Positions 36,777-50,600 of a stretch of DNA of 64,000 nt are shown here, piece by piece. A model generated the notes under the pieces. That model had not been told where the DNA came from and did no database searches. It saw only the letters and a program-made list of their open reading frames with translations. The position numbers and the translations under genes were made by a program. The stretch covers positions 2,232,001 through 2,296,000 of the forward strand of contig CM120642.1 in NCBI GenBank assembly GCA_051362555.1. The letters are read 5' to 3'. The number at the start of each line of letters is the position of its first letter. The stretch's first letter is position 1. This stretch comes from Lingula anatina. Its lineage: Eukaryota > Animalia > Brachiopoda.

Positions 36777-38332
36777 TAGGGTAGGGTAAATCTCAAAAAA
36801 ATTCCATAACAGGTGTTTTCTGAGGCGAAATTTGATGCTGAACACAAATCTGACAATCATTTTTTTTCTAAAACAATTATTAAGGCCGGTAAAATGACAA
36901 TTTTCAAAATGGCCGCCAAAACGGCCTTCCCAAAGCTTCATTAACAACAATTAAAGGTATTATAGTGTGTCATATGTCTTTTCTTATGTTTTTGGGGTTG
37001 TAGAATCCATTTCTGATGTTAATACTGAGATTGATACATTTTACAATGAGTTCTGTTACCACGTCAGCTGACGGTAACTGTCAAGCTAGAGTGAAGAGCT
37101 GATAATTCGATAATGGGGAAAATGAACAACCTCAGTCATCTTGATCAATCAAAATGAGGAGTGATATGATTTCCCAACATCTGTTATTACTGTTTATTAC
37201 AACAGGATGGATGATACATTTTTACATGTTTTACATGTATGAAGCCGGAAGACATCCCTATCATAAGCTGAGGCTTGCAAAGCAGTTGCCAAGGAAATCT
37301 CCAATGCCTGAATCTCCAAAAAGTATTTTTCCAATCTTTGAGAAGTACATTCCCAACAGAAGTATGTTGAATTATGATATATTTGGGGAACTTATGAAGC
37401 ATTAACTGTCTGTGAAGTGCAAGGATTAAAAGTGATGATATACAAAAGTGAAAGATTTCAATCAAAACGTGACAAAAAGTGTTTAAGATTCATCATATAT
37501 AGGCACAATGCTTTTAATATGTAGCCTCAATATACAGTTATTCTGTTGTAAATGTTCTCAAAGAGAGGAAAGATATTCTTGGACATCAAGACATTGGATA
37601 TTTCTCAGGCAACTTCTTTGCTGGTCTCAGTACATGATAGTGATTGTTTCCCCGATTTCTTATGTGCAGAACAAAAATATTCCATCCATTTCTTTTTAAT
37701 AATTTAAAGACATTCCCCATTGGTTGCTTGGGGTCAGGATAACTCTGATTCTGCCTCATAATTCACATCCAGCAGAACTTGAGACATCTTATCACTCCTC
37801 GTTTTGACTGACTGAGATCTGGCTCTTCTTTCAAGCTTGACAGTAAACTATCAACCAACAAGGTAACCAAACTCCATTTAATTAAAATGTAACAATGACA
37901 CTGTTAACGTAAGAATAAATATTTTACAACCTTAAAAACATAAGAAAAGGCATAATAAAAACATAGGTTCCTTGAATTGTCGATGTTGAAACTCTTGTTA
38001 GGGCATTTTGTCCGCCATTTTGAAAATTGTCATTTTACCATCCTTAATGGCTGTTGTGAGAGAAAAATAGTTGCACATGTGTGTTTAGCATCATTTTCTG
38101 CCATATAAAACACTCACTTATCAAAAATTTGTGCTTCACTCAACACTTTTCAATAGAATTATATACATACATATAATTACTGCAGTTACTGTATATGCAG
38201 TGCATATGCTTTGTATGCGTTTTCAAAAATAGTAAAATTACCGACCTAAAGAATGCTCCCAGCCCATTTTGCCTCTAAAATCACATGTTCCCTGAGAGAT
38301 TTCCAAAAAAAGTTATTATTTACCCTACCCTA
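36777..38332. mobile_element. TAG..CTA-ended TIR element (Academ-like) inserted in the Gypsy integrase
   Basis: TAGGGTAGGGTAAAT / ATTTACCCTACCCTA with flanking TTAAGAG duplicated. Removing it restores the integrase reading KTLKARE. Confidence 0.75.
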
Positions 38333-38854
38333 TTAAGAGTCTTATGCCAAGTGGTGTGTGGTTTATACCTTCCTGGTGGAATGGGGATGAAATCACGGAT
38401 GGGGTGTCCAAAGACGCACATGGCTGGTGAGAATTTGCTGTCTCTGTCGGGGGTGTTCCTGCACTGAAGCATAGCACGCTGAAAGCTGTCCGTGTCCAGG
38501 TCACCATTAGGGCTGGTATTGTCTATGAGTAATCTTCCATCCAGTTGGACAGCAGAATGGTCGGATAGGCTGGCAAGAGCAATGCTTCTGTAGGAGCCTG
38601 CTGATAAAGAGCTTGTCAGAGTTATCGGTGACATAAGTCATTTGTCTTGTTTCCACCAGTTTGCCAGATGGGCCCCTCCCAGCATAGCGAAGGGTAGTTG
38701 CTCCAAGAATGTTGATGCCATTGTTAACAGCAGTGTGCATCTTCATAGTGACTGGGATCAGATCCTGTTGCTTCAGGCCTAGACGTTGGATTACCTTAAT
38801 GCCAGCAAGGCAGCTCTGACAACCAGTGTCTGCCACTGAGGGATGTTCTATTAA

Positions 38855-40785
38855 CCCTTTTCATCCTTGCGGAAATAAGAAGTGCGCGTGACAGGAACCG
38901 CGCACCACAGGGGTCATGATAGTCCTCTGCTGTTTCCAGCATGGCAATGCTAGGTGTAGATGGTGTACAAGGTCCGCATATAAAAAGGCTGTTTGAAGCG
39001 TGCACTACTTTGTGTCAAACTAAAAAGGTGGCTGAAGCACAGAAATGCGTCAAATGTAGGCAAAAAAAACAGACGGAGAATCGAGCAATTAAATGTTTTA
39101 TTTCTCAGTTTAATACGATGCGCTGTACAACTAGACTTCACCTAAGCGTCCGAGCCGTGGCTTTACTTTCAATAGTGACGACGAACTATAGCTTCAGAGT
39201 TCTTTTAAATGCTTCCGATAATAAAGATATGCGAAAGAGACACATTTTTTATAAAATCAAAATAACCAGTAGTACTCGTACACAGCTTTCTAGAGTGTGG
39301 ACAGGTGCGTAGGCCTACGTCTTCACAATACATGTATATATGCAACCTGTGGTGATATCACCTCATTTACCGGCAGTATCAATTCATTACGATTTTTGTC
39401 TTGTTTGAAGGATGTCTTAAGATATTTTTGAAATAATAAAATGAAAAGATTCCCTGCATTGCTTGACTCGTACCTACAGTGTATATAGGTAAAACTGACA
39501 CGCAGATTGTTCGTCGGTGAACTGATTTAATCGTTTGGTACCTGATAAGGCATCAGCTATGTGTTACTTGCTCAATTGTTCGATAAGGGGGGGGGGGGGG
39601 GGGGGGGCACAACTACGACCTTTCCTCTGTGGAGGAGGTGGTTCTGTACATACATGTATGGGGTGCCATTTGCAGCAACGGTATTTGCCCATTGCTTCCT
39701 CTGGATGAAAACCTTAACGCTGCCAGATACAGAGACATTCTCCAGCAGAACCTGGAGCTGTTCGAAAGAGGAATATACAGAGACAATTTTAAATTGCAAC
39801 ATGACAATCCAACTCCAAACACAGCCCGCTTAATTGCAGACTAACACAGCCCGCTTAATTGCAGACTAATGTCCGAAAAACAACATTCAGCCGATGCCAC
39901 AGCCAGCAAGTAGGCCAGATACTAACCCAATTGAGCACATGTGGGACGAACTTGGTCATGCCATTCAGAGGAGAAACCTTCCCCCTGCAAATCTAGATGA
40001 ACTGCGAGATGCCCTTCAAGATGAATGGACCAGAATTCCTCTCCAAAGAGCTGTAACTCTAGTTCACAGTATGCCAAGCCGTCTGGCGGCCATTATGCAA
40101 GCTTTGGGTGGGCATACCCGCTATTTAGATTAATAATGAACTCTGAAGATGTTTCTTGACAACTTCTCCTAATTTCATATTAATTGTCAATCACAGTATA
40201 AATTTATCTTTAATTTTTCACTTGGTACTGTTATGCAAAAAAGTACTCTTTTTTTTTTTTTTTGGGGGGGGGGGGTGGGGGGCATGAGAAAAAAATACCC
40301 TTTTTTCACATTTGCATTGTTTGTTTCTCCTTGACTTAACCAATCATCCAGCTTCACATATTTAACAATATAAACAGTATTAATTTGATAATATCAATAA
40401 TAATGAAAGAAACAGGGTAATATGCCTCCCAAAATTTCCGTGTACCAACCATTTTGGGCAAGAGTGTACTAAGCATATTTGTATTACTTTACAAATACGT
40501 TATTAGATTATTTTTATTATCCATTTTGTCTTTACCATACATGTTTTATATATGTTTGCACGTGTAGCTTACAGAAAGGCTTTTCTGCTTTCTCTTTACG
40601 TAAAAAATAATATATGTCCATTGAACTTTCCAATTCTCTTGTCATTGAGTTCAGAAATTAAAAAACTTTTTATTTTGCCGATAACGCGTTCAACAAGAGC
40701 CGATGTACTTTCTTCTTCGTATGTCCCTGTTGATCTTGATAATATGAGCCCCGTTTGTACAAATCAGTAATACGGGACTGGATAC

Positions 40786-40817
<32 letters not shown>

Positions 40818-41507
40818 TTTATTAACGTCTCACGTTAAAAAATAGAACCCATCCTACTAAGGGTTATGAGAGACTAAAACCTGTGATAGGCCTACTACAT
40901 TTAAAATTATCACTTATCAATATACAAAAAAAGTATATTATATACAAAACTTTTCAAACATTCTCTTTGTTGTTACACAAGAAGTCGTGAAAGTTCTTGA
41001 ATTTTTGTAAGTAGAATCCCCGTGTAAAACTTCACGGCTTTTAGTTTCTTTTTCCATAATCTCATGCTTAAAGTCTTTTCTTTCTTTTTAGGTCCCCATT
41101 CTTCAATTTTTTTCTTCAGATCTTTATAATGTTTTTTTTCTCGCATTGCTTACCCGAGTTCTATTTGCCAATAGTTCGTTATATCCGTTGATTAACTAAG
41201 CATTTCTGTTTTTTATTTTATTTGATCGCTTCTGGATCCGTTTTTCTTCCCGCCTTCGAAACGCGGTGCCCTGCTTTTGATCCAAACCTACTATATTTTC
41301 CTTTCTTTCTACCATATTTTTCATTCTAACGGGTTTGTTGGGAACTTATTAAACCTCATGTGTCGATCTCGCTTACTGTTATTGTAGCAGCGGGACAAAA
41401 AGCACGTAAACCCAGCCATGGTTTTTAGCACCGCTGCAAGTGTATCGACATAGCAACGACTCACTTTTCCACAGTGCAATTTCCATTTCCAGAAAAGATG
41501 AAAAAGG
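38855..41507. mobile_element. piggyBac-like non-autonomous element
   Basis: TTAA|CCCTTTTCATC ... GATGAAAAAGG|TTAA. It interrupts Gypsy just upstream of the protease DTG. Confidence 0.75.
39500..40468 (+). pseudogene. Tc1 transposase remnant and 3' TIR nested in the piggyBac-like element
   Basis: HVWGAI..LQHDNPT..PDTNPIEHMWDELG..SMPSRL..GGHTRY. The end reads ...TTTTGGGCAAGAGTG|TA. Confidence 0.8.
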
Positions 41508-42657
41508 TTAATTGGTGTGGCTGAGGATATTAGGCTGAAGCCTTGCTCTCTGTAATCATCTGTACAGACCGTGATTCTGGGATTGACGAACGGTTGTGGT
41601 TTGGAAGCTCTTCGCACCCAAGTGTCATTCATGATGATCTAAAGCAATGGCCCTGCCTTTTGTATGTTGTTTTGTGATGGTGATTGAAAGACTGCGCCTT
41701 CACAGTCATGTGCCTCATGACAGGAAGTAGTCTTCTGGCTGGGCCTGGGTTTATCTTTGCTACGGCACACTACTTCAAGGTGATGGTATTGTGTGCACGT
41801 CTGGCATTTGTGCCCAAAGGCGGGGCAATCTCTCTTGCGAATGCGTAAAGGGGCAGCCATGGCCAGTGCCAGTTTTTCCGTGTAGTAGCCACAGGGGTCC
41901 TGGGGTGGTTTTTCAGCAGGGGTGGGGGTCTCTTTTTTCTTGCGTCGGTAAATGCTACCGATGGCCTCAGCTGCTTGGGATTTTTGTAAGCATGATGCAG
42001 AGCGCTTTCCTGCTTCTTTTGTTTTAACAAATTGGAGGACTTCCTCCAATGTCATGTCCTGGTCCCCTAGAAGGTCTATTTAGATCTCAGAGTCTGCTAG
42101 TCCACGGGTTAGAACATCACGGGTCATCTCCTTGTAGCTTACAGCAGTGTTGCAACTGGGGCATGAGACAGAAAATTTGCACACTCCTGCCTGGCCTTTT
42201 AGACGGGCTCCATAGTTGCGGACAGGTTCATCTCTGTCTTGGCGCATGTTCTGTAGTGTCACTCTAGCCACCATTGTGTTCTCTGTGCGTACTGCTTATA
42301 CTTTCATTGCGGCCATCACCTCATCGATGTATTTGTTTGCAAGGCTCCCACCTGCTGTCCTGGTTAGGTCTTTTGGCAAGGGGTCATCACAACATTCCAG
42401 CAATTGGATAACCCTGTCTTTGCCAGCTATCTTCGTTGCATCGGCATACACTCTGTCCATCTAGACTTAAGGTATGACCACTCTTCGCTGGTACTGCAGG
42501 CTGATATTGTGGGCCGTTTGACTTTCTCCACTTTGGCTGCAGATACGGGGGCGTTGGTATGAACAGAGCTGTGTGTGGTGAATAGGGCTGCTACAATAGT
42601 GGCGTCAAGGTCATCTGTGGCGTAGTCACAGCCTTCTATTGGGCACTGGACTGCCGG

Positions 42658-44909
42658 TGTGGCAGGAGTGCACGTCCTCGTATCGCAAGTCCGCCCGGAC
42701 ACTAAGTCCTGGGATTGCAAGTCCTAGGGCATGCATTGCTAGGAATGGAAGTCCTAGGACATAAGTTACAAGGATTCAATGTCCGTAGGACGAAGGCTCC
42801 CAAGTAATGTAAGTCCTACGTGTAGTAATGCACGTCCTAATGGGACGTGCGTTCCTAACATTTTAGTAACGCATGTCCTATATAGTTTACACCAAGAAAC
42901 ATAAATAAATAGAAATAGAGAAATACGGGTTTTAAAGATATAATAAACGTTTGCTTTATTATATTTATATGACATTTTATCTTTATATTTTACAATGTTT
43001 TCCGATAGGCAGTTTATATGCATATTAATGAAGAAACAAAAACGTTTTATTTATTTTATGTGCATTTTTCATATAGTAAACGCAAATTTTGACGTGTTAA
43101 CGCACATTTTTGGAGTACTCCTCCCTAATTGCACAATATGTATGAGCCTGGTTTGCCCAATATTTTTTTTTTAACAAAATAAGGCACCATCCAAAGGCAT
43201 CTCTTATTTTCATCCTTTCAGGTATGTGTAAAGTGTATATTATTTCATGCCCTTTTCTACTGGGGTGTACCTTTTGTGTTTTGCGTCGAAATTCTTATTT
43301 TCTCTCCCTCTCTCTCTTTTTCAAAACCTTATTCCTAAGAGAAAAATCACTTTACACAAAACGCGGGATCTCCGTTCTTAGATTTATTTTTCGGTTTACA
43401 CTCGCTGATATTAAAAAAAAAAACTCAAACTCGATGGAAATTTGCTCTTGGAAAGTATGGGCTGAGATTTAAGACAAATCAAGACAGTTTAGAAATTGAA
43501 AATTGCATTATATGTATATAATATTATGTAATAACCCTTTGCTATTTTGGTGCTTTGACACTTAAAAGACAAAACAAAACAAAAAGTTGTAAATGTAATG
43601 AGCACGGAATTTCGAACACATATTAGACATTAAAAACACCATTAAACATTTTGCTACAAGTAATAAATAGGTACCCTAGGTTCTAGATTCCGGTATTGCC
43701 AGCTCGATCTTGATTTCATATATAACCCATAGTAGCAATACCAGGCTCTAGCGAACAGTGGCAACTCGGGGGCGTTCTTCTTCAAAATTCTACCTGGGGC
43801 GCTTCCATATTTGGAAGTCACACGTCACAGCTGTGTCCGCCTGGATCCATATTTGGAAGTCATAAGTCTCGTACGTCACAGGTTTGACCGCCTGGAGCTG
43901 CCTTTCACACCTTGCGCTGAAGTCTCGTGCAGGCGAGACAAGAAGCAATTAAAGTGCCTGACGCGGAGTTAGAAGTTTGAATTGAAAATATCTTGCAGTC
44001 GAAGGTCAATGCCACAATACAAGCAACATTCTGCTGTAAAAACTTATTTTCGTGTAGCCATTGCGCAGCCCTTATAGTGGTATCGGGCATACAGTGTAGC
44101 TGTTAAATTTGGCACACGGCAAGCACATGTATTGTGCACGTGTATATCTCAGGACTAAATGTTCTTTGATAAGCAAAAATACAAAAACATTGGATATATC
44201 TTTTCTTTCCTTCCGAAGAATATTATTTATTTTTTCACTTTACATCTTGAATACAGCAAATAAAATTAAATAAAGCAGAATTAAATTTGTTTTACGTTTT
44301 ATTTTGGTCTGATGACATTCAACTGCATTTTCACTGCGGAGCAGTTCTATTTGATTGATGGAAAACTTTCATGGCCGCTGGTCTTCAGAGTTAGTAAAAG
44401 CGACTTCACCACAAAGTATATTTAGCAAGCTAGCTTTTACGTTGCTCTGATACTCAGGGTATACATAGGGGGAAGAGGGGAGTAAGGTCATGTCAAAGGT
44501 GGGTCTCGAACCCATAGATGCAACAGAAGGATACATGAATTCTTACCTTGTAGTCTTACGTATTTGCACGCTAACCACTACACAGACGAGCTGACGTTGC
44601 AAACCTCTCATTTTTTGTCTCATATATGGCTCACCAGAAGGATTTCATATACATTTATAGTTTTATCATTTGACAGTATTATTGGCTAAGGATAGGACTT
44701 TCAAATGGCCGGACTTTTATTACTGTCATAGGTGTAACAGGAATAAAAGTCCGACAGTAATACAAGTCCTACCTACTATAATTATGAGCCAGGAACTTAC
44801 GTCCCTGTAGGACTACTATTCCCAAGTAATGTTAGTCCTACAGACAACCATTACCAGGAACCGAGGTCCGAAGGACCTCAGTTCCTGGTGGACTTGGATT
44901 ACTGTTACA
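42658..44909. mobile_element. Second Ginger1-like family, inserted in codons 2-3 of Gypsy gag
   Basis: TGTGGCAG...CTGTTACA with a CCGG TSD (42654-57, 44910-13). Removal restores ATG CCG GCA GTC CAG TGC. AGTCCTA/TAGGAC subterminal repeats. Confidence 0.82.
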
Positions 44910-45062
44910 CCGGCATGTTGTCAGGTATGGGATAGTGATCATAAATAAGTACACTGTACCATTTGTCATTAAGCGTTTTTTGGTCCAACTTGACAATGAT
45001 CGCTATCTGAAACAGAAGAGTAAATTACATAAGTCTACATACATGTAAATAGTAATCCTATA

Positions 45063-47605
45063 TTTTCCTCCTTTGAGGTATATGTACAGTGTATATTATT
45101 TCATGTCCTTTTCTACTGAGGTGTACCATTTGTGTTTTGCGTCGAAATGCTTATTTTCTCTATCTCTCTTTTTCAAAACCTTATTCCTAAGAGCAAACTC
45201 ACTTTACACTAAATGCGGGATCTCCATTCTTAGATTTATTTTTCGGTTAACACTCGCAGAAATTGAAACACAACCTCAAACTCGATGGAAATTTGCTCTT
45301 GGGAAGTATGGACTGAGATTTAAGACAAATCAAGAGTTTAGAAATTGAAAATTGCAATATATGTATAAAATGTTCTGTAATAACCCCTTGCCATTTTGGT
45401 GCATTGGCACTTAAAAAACAAAACAAAACAAGGCAGCAAAGCTGTCAAATGTACAGACAAAAACAGAAAATAAAAATGCAGAAAATGGTTTATTTTGTCA
45501 ATTTTGATGCAATAATAAATAATGCCTATAATAGCACTGTCAATCAACATTGAATTTTAATCATGCACAACGGGTAACATGGTCAATAACAGGAGCAGAT
45601 CCAGAGGTATTTTCTGGCAGTGTTCCAAATTATCTTTGTTGATCCATCCTCCATTTTTGATGGTCTTCCAACAGAAAAAACAGATACCCATCAATGTAAA
45701 CTTTAAAATCTGACCGTCTTCCGAAAGACCCAGAAGACGGCCTCAATCCGCTCCTGCAATAAGATTACAGTTTCAGGACCATGAGAGTTCAAATTCACAT
45801 AATGAAAATCCCAATATTTGAAAATGATGACAGTGCATAAAATAATATTACATAATGTTTAAAGACATAAAAACCAATGCAACTGCTTATGTGGAAATAC
45901 AGAAAATGTGAAGAGCTTTAGGTGGAAGGGAGCTGAAAATGCCAGTGTTTGAAAAAAAAAAATTAAAAAGAAAACACAACAAAAATATTCCAATAAAGCT
46001 GCTATTCAAACTTTTAATCTTGCTGTATTAACATGATATGAATAACCCCATTTGTGTTTGAGGATAATACAGCATTAATGTTGGCGTTATACATTTTTTT
46101 CTTTTGTAAACTTATTTGCAATATTAAACAACATTTACCTACATAATTATCACCAATTCCTAATTATGTAACACAGTTAAGAGAGCTTAACCTATGGGGC
46201 TTTACTGGAAAATCTCAACGTGTTTTATGTAATCCTATTTAATCGGCACTTGGAAATTAATTAAGGCAAGTGATTTTATAGCTCTGAATTTAGCTTGTGA
46301 CTAAAAGGCCATGGAAGTTCAGAGTCACACCTTCAAAATGCCAAAATGTAAACGAGATAACTGTACTGAAATGATTTTCTTTCCACTTTCAACACATTTT
46401 TTACATATAACAAAATAATCAATTTACTGTCATTTTTAAATGAACAACTAAGAAAATTGTTAACATAGGAAAAATATCAATAGAACAATTTTAAATGTCC
46501 AGTTTGCTTCATTCTGAGATTCTGAACATGGTGAATGATTGAATCTGACAAACTGTAAAGATATGAGCTTATTTCCATTTTTGACACTTGATTACACAAT
46601 ACACAATAACATGTTTACCATCATTTTTATATAATCAACTAACAATATTGTTAAGATGCAGAAAATGTCAAAGGAACACCTTTACATATTTAATTAGTTC
46701 ACAAATGAGACTGTTAACATGCCTAAGAATTAAATCTGAGGAAAAAACACTTATATACATAAAAAGGCATAACTTGACCAAAACTGAACCAATCCAACTT
46801 ATTTTTGAACTTCATCTGTATTTCATTTAAGACTGATCACCCCTGTGAATTTCAAGACAATTGGCCAATTGATTTTCCTTGAAATGTGTTATCGGTATTG
46901 CATATATGCTGAAAAAAAAATGAAAAAAAAAAAAAAATAGCATAACTTCCATAAAAATAGCCCGATCATGCTGATTTTCAAACTTGACCTGCGTATTATG
47001 AATATTCATCAGTTCTGTAAGTTTCAAGCCAAAAGGTAAAACTGTTTTTCACTTATCGTGTTATCGGTGTCATAAAAATGCTGAAAAAAGTGAAAAAACA
47101 GCATAACTTCCATGAAAATGGACCGATCATGCTGATTTTCGAACTTGACCTGCGTATCATGAATTTTCATCAGTTCTGTAAGTATCAAGCCATAAGGTAA
47201 AATAGTTTTTCACTTATCGTGTATCGGTGAAAATGCACGGCGACGACGACGACAGACACAGGTGACAGCTATATGTACAGACACATCTGTGTCTGTACAT
47301 AAAAATAGTTGTAAATGTAATGAGCACGGAATTTCGAACACTTTGAAAACACCATTAAACATTTTGCTACAAGTAATAAATTGGGGAAAGGGGGTCTCGA
47401 ACCCATAGATGTAACAGACTGATTCATAAATTCTAATCTTACGTATTTGCACGCTAACCACTACACAGACGAGCTGAAGTTACAAATCTCTCATTTTTTG
47501 TCTGATATATGGCTCACCAGCAGGATTTCATATACATTTATAGTTTTATCATTTAACGTTACCGTATTATTGCCTAAGGATAGGACTTTCAAATGGCCGG
47601 ACTTA
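45063..47605. repeat. Partial second copy of the 42658-44909 interior, interrupted by other sequence
   Basis: 45063-45430 resembles 43210-43580; 47305-47382 resembles 43585-43670; 47392-47605 resembles 44500-44718. Confidence 0.7.
46880..47230. repeat. ~180-bp tandem repeat (about 2 units)
   Basis: GCATAACTTCCAT..CCGATCATGCTGATTTTC..CACTTATCGTGT is repeated. Confidence 0.7.
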
Positions 47606-47691
47606 TATAATAAATAATAATAATAAAACACTTCTTTAAAACCGCGCTACACATGCGTCTCAGCGCTGTTTACATAAAAAAATATAAACCC

Positions 47692-50600
47692 TGTGACGAA
47701 GCTATAGGCTTGTCTTCGTCATGTTACGCGAGGTAGCAAATACAACTCAGATATTATCTTTCTTATTATTTATTGAACTACTGTCCAGTTATTACCCGCG
47801 CCGCTTCCTTTATTTCTATTCCTACCTCATGCAATCTGTAGCGGCCTTCTCTCTGTTTACACTAAGCGCAGTTGTATAAATACCATAAGAGCATGTCAAT
47901 CAACTTAAGTTACTCTACTAAACACTCCCCGCTCTTATTCACTGCATGCTGTCACTTACTAACATTACATTATCTCCCGGGGACGATATGCCTGTCCCCA
48001 GGCATATTTAAAATTAAAATATACATTAATTAAAAATAAACTTTCTTAAACACTGCATTTGTCTTTTATCATAAATTCATGCAAAACAAAACTAAGTACA
48101 TAGATTTTGCATTATAAACCTACGATAAGATAGAAATACAATTGACATGAAACCTCAAATATAACTTAAAGGAAGATAGATTGATAAATTTTTATGAAAA
48201 TACAAATGTTCGTGGATATATTTCGTATTGGCATTTACACCTTCCAATGTGCGGCCCAAGAGCACAGATATTTTTATTTGTTTTCTCCGCGCGGATGTTT
48301 AAATCTGTTACTCTCTTATTATGGCTCTGACACATTTTCATATAAGGTTTCTCTCTGTCGTTTGTCATTTTTAGATATTGATGGAGTGTACTACGTGAGA
48401 CAATAGGGTTGGCCATCCCCAGTCGAAATAAACAGCATTCACCACACAACGTTGCGACCAGCGCATCGTCGATGACGAAGTACCTGTTCATCTTCATATT
48501 TATCCACACGGTAGCGCTCTCTTTTGATGACTATAAGAGAAACAATCGTTTTATATCAAACCCAATCCACGATTGAACAAAAACGTACCGAAAAATAATA
48601 AAGTAAGAATCTTCCTTAATGCATATCATCAGTTTCACGTCATCATCTTTATAAAAGTTAAGTACACTGTTCCTATACCAATAACTGTATATTTAAATAT
48701 CAATAACTAATAATTATGAGACCGACAAACTGAATATATATGTCATTCTTTGCTAGTGGTTACAAAATGTTGAATTTGACCGAAAATTTCAAACTTTCTC
48801 TGGGAAGCTGTAATTTTGCGATGTGATAGCTACACCATCACAGTTTATCATTTCATAAAAAGGGAAACAGCAGCTGCCCTTTTTAGGGCACACAGGAGAG
48901 TTGAACAGCTATACCCACCAAATCCAAGACGCGTTACCCTGGGTAATATATTTTGCACAAACTAATGAAAGTCTAATGGAATGTTTTCAGTTTTAGTTTA
49001 AATCATAAGGGGGTGTTGTCTCAATGCTTCAAAACTGGTTTTGAAGAATTTTATCCACATTTCATAATTAATAAAAATGGTGAATATGTGGGTCACGGTA
49101 ACGTTATTGACGCGGGTACAAAAACTTTTTATAATCATGTAAATAATAACAATATTTTTGCTATTATCCATACACACTTCATTCATGAGGGGCACACCAC
49201 TTTCACATGCTTTTAAAATGGAATTGACAAACACAGAGGAATAATGCACATATTTTATTTACTGTAACTCTGTCATATGGGACACACACTGAACAAAGTT
49301 GATCTAAAGAATGTTCCAGATTGTAGTTTTTTATCAGAACTATTATTTTTTTATTATTATTTTAACACAATAAAGTTCAGTTAAATACAAAATTTAACAA
49401 AATGAAGTTCAGTGTAACACAAAGTTCATAATTATAACATTCTTCCTGACATATGTAGACCAATGGTGATATCTGTTCTGTGCTCACTAAGGCATCCACC
49501 CTTGGGATTCTGAAAAAAAAATCACACAAAGAATCTGTTAACTCTGATAACGAACAATGGATAACCTAAGATCACAAATAGTTTATTGCTTATTCAAGCA
49601 AAGTACAGTGCATTATGAGTGGCAAACACGCATTACTGAGACACATTTTCTTCACCCATTTTCGGTGCTTCATTGCGTAACGTAAGTGTTGCTAGTAATC
49701 CATTATTGCTGTTTTTACAGACGGTTAAATTTTAAACGCACGGAATACAGTGTAGCAGCTTAATTTAAGACAAAACTAAAAAAAAGTAATTCAATTTCGA
49801 TGATTGAGTTTTCGAGAACAAGAGAACATGAATACGGTATCACCGCGTCACCATGTTCAATATGACCTTTAGTCCCCCATGTGAAACAGACGCAAAACGA
49901 AAGTTCAGACGAAGTCACCCTACTTATAGAATGGTAAAAATCAATCGGTACACAAATATGTTGAAACAATTGAAGAAAAATGAAACGAAACTCATTATTT
50001 CTCACCTTCATACAAAGAAGATCCCAATAAACAATCCTGTGACGGTTAAATCGAGGGAATTACACCTGTGCCCTGCATCCTATCTCGACAGCGTCATTGC
50101 GTGATATGTTATCAGAATGGGCCACCCGCCAGTTTGAGCTGGTTTTTTTAGTGTGCAAAAGAAGCCATTCGTGTGTAAGACGTCATCAGTTAGTGAGTAT
50201 GGAAGAAGATCGCTATCGATGTATAATTTTCACGCGGCATTTTAAAGTCGTCTGATATAAATCGATCTCTGAAGTTTCAGCGTTGCGAACGTTATATTGG
50301 GACGCGGTGAAGAAAAATCGACCTTGCTGAGCAATAAATGTGAAATTCTTAAGAAAACTGATATTATCATGGACTTCGTGACACAAACTAACCGACATAC
50401 TACTTTGGACGATTGAACATTTTTAATACGGAAAGATAGGATTAGATGAAATTTTCATCGGGGTGGGACACCGCATGTATCGTAAGTTAAGCTAATTTTG
50501 TGATCATTTTTCAGTGACTTCAAATAAATTTTTATTTAAATAACAATTTGCACATTCTGTTTATTAAATCTTCTTGCAGTAGATGTATTCCCTGCTTCAA

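Larger units (their letters stand above)
35697..45062 (-). mobile_element. Gypsy LTR retrotransposon, internally deleted, with three nested DNA transposons
   Basis: ~100-bp LTR-like direct repeats (35712-35798, 44964-45062), PBS-like TGGTACAGTG and a G-rich PPT at 35799-35813. gag MPAVQCPIEGC..KVKRPTI..zinc knuckle; protease ADTGCQS; integrase C-terminus RNTPD..FSPA and VRQFDQYVV. RT/RNase H not found. Confidence 0.85.
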
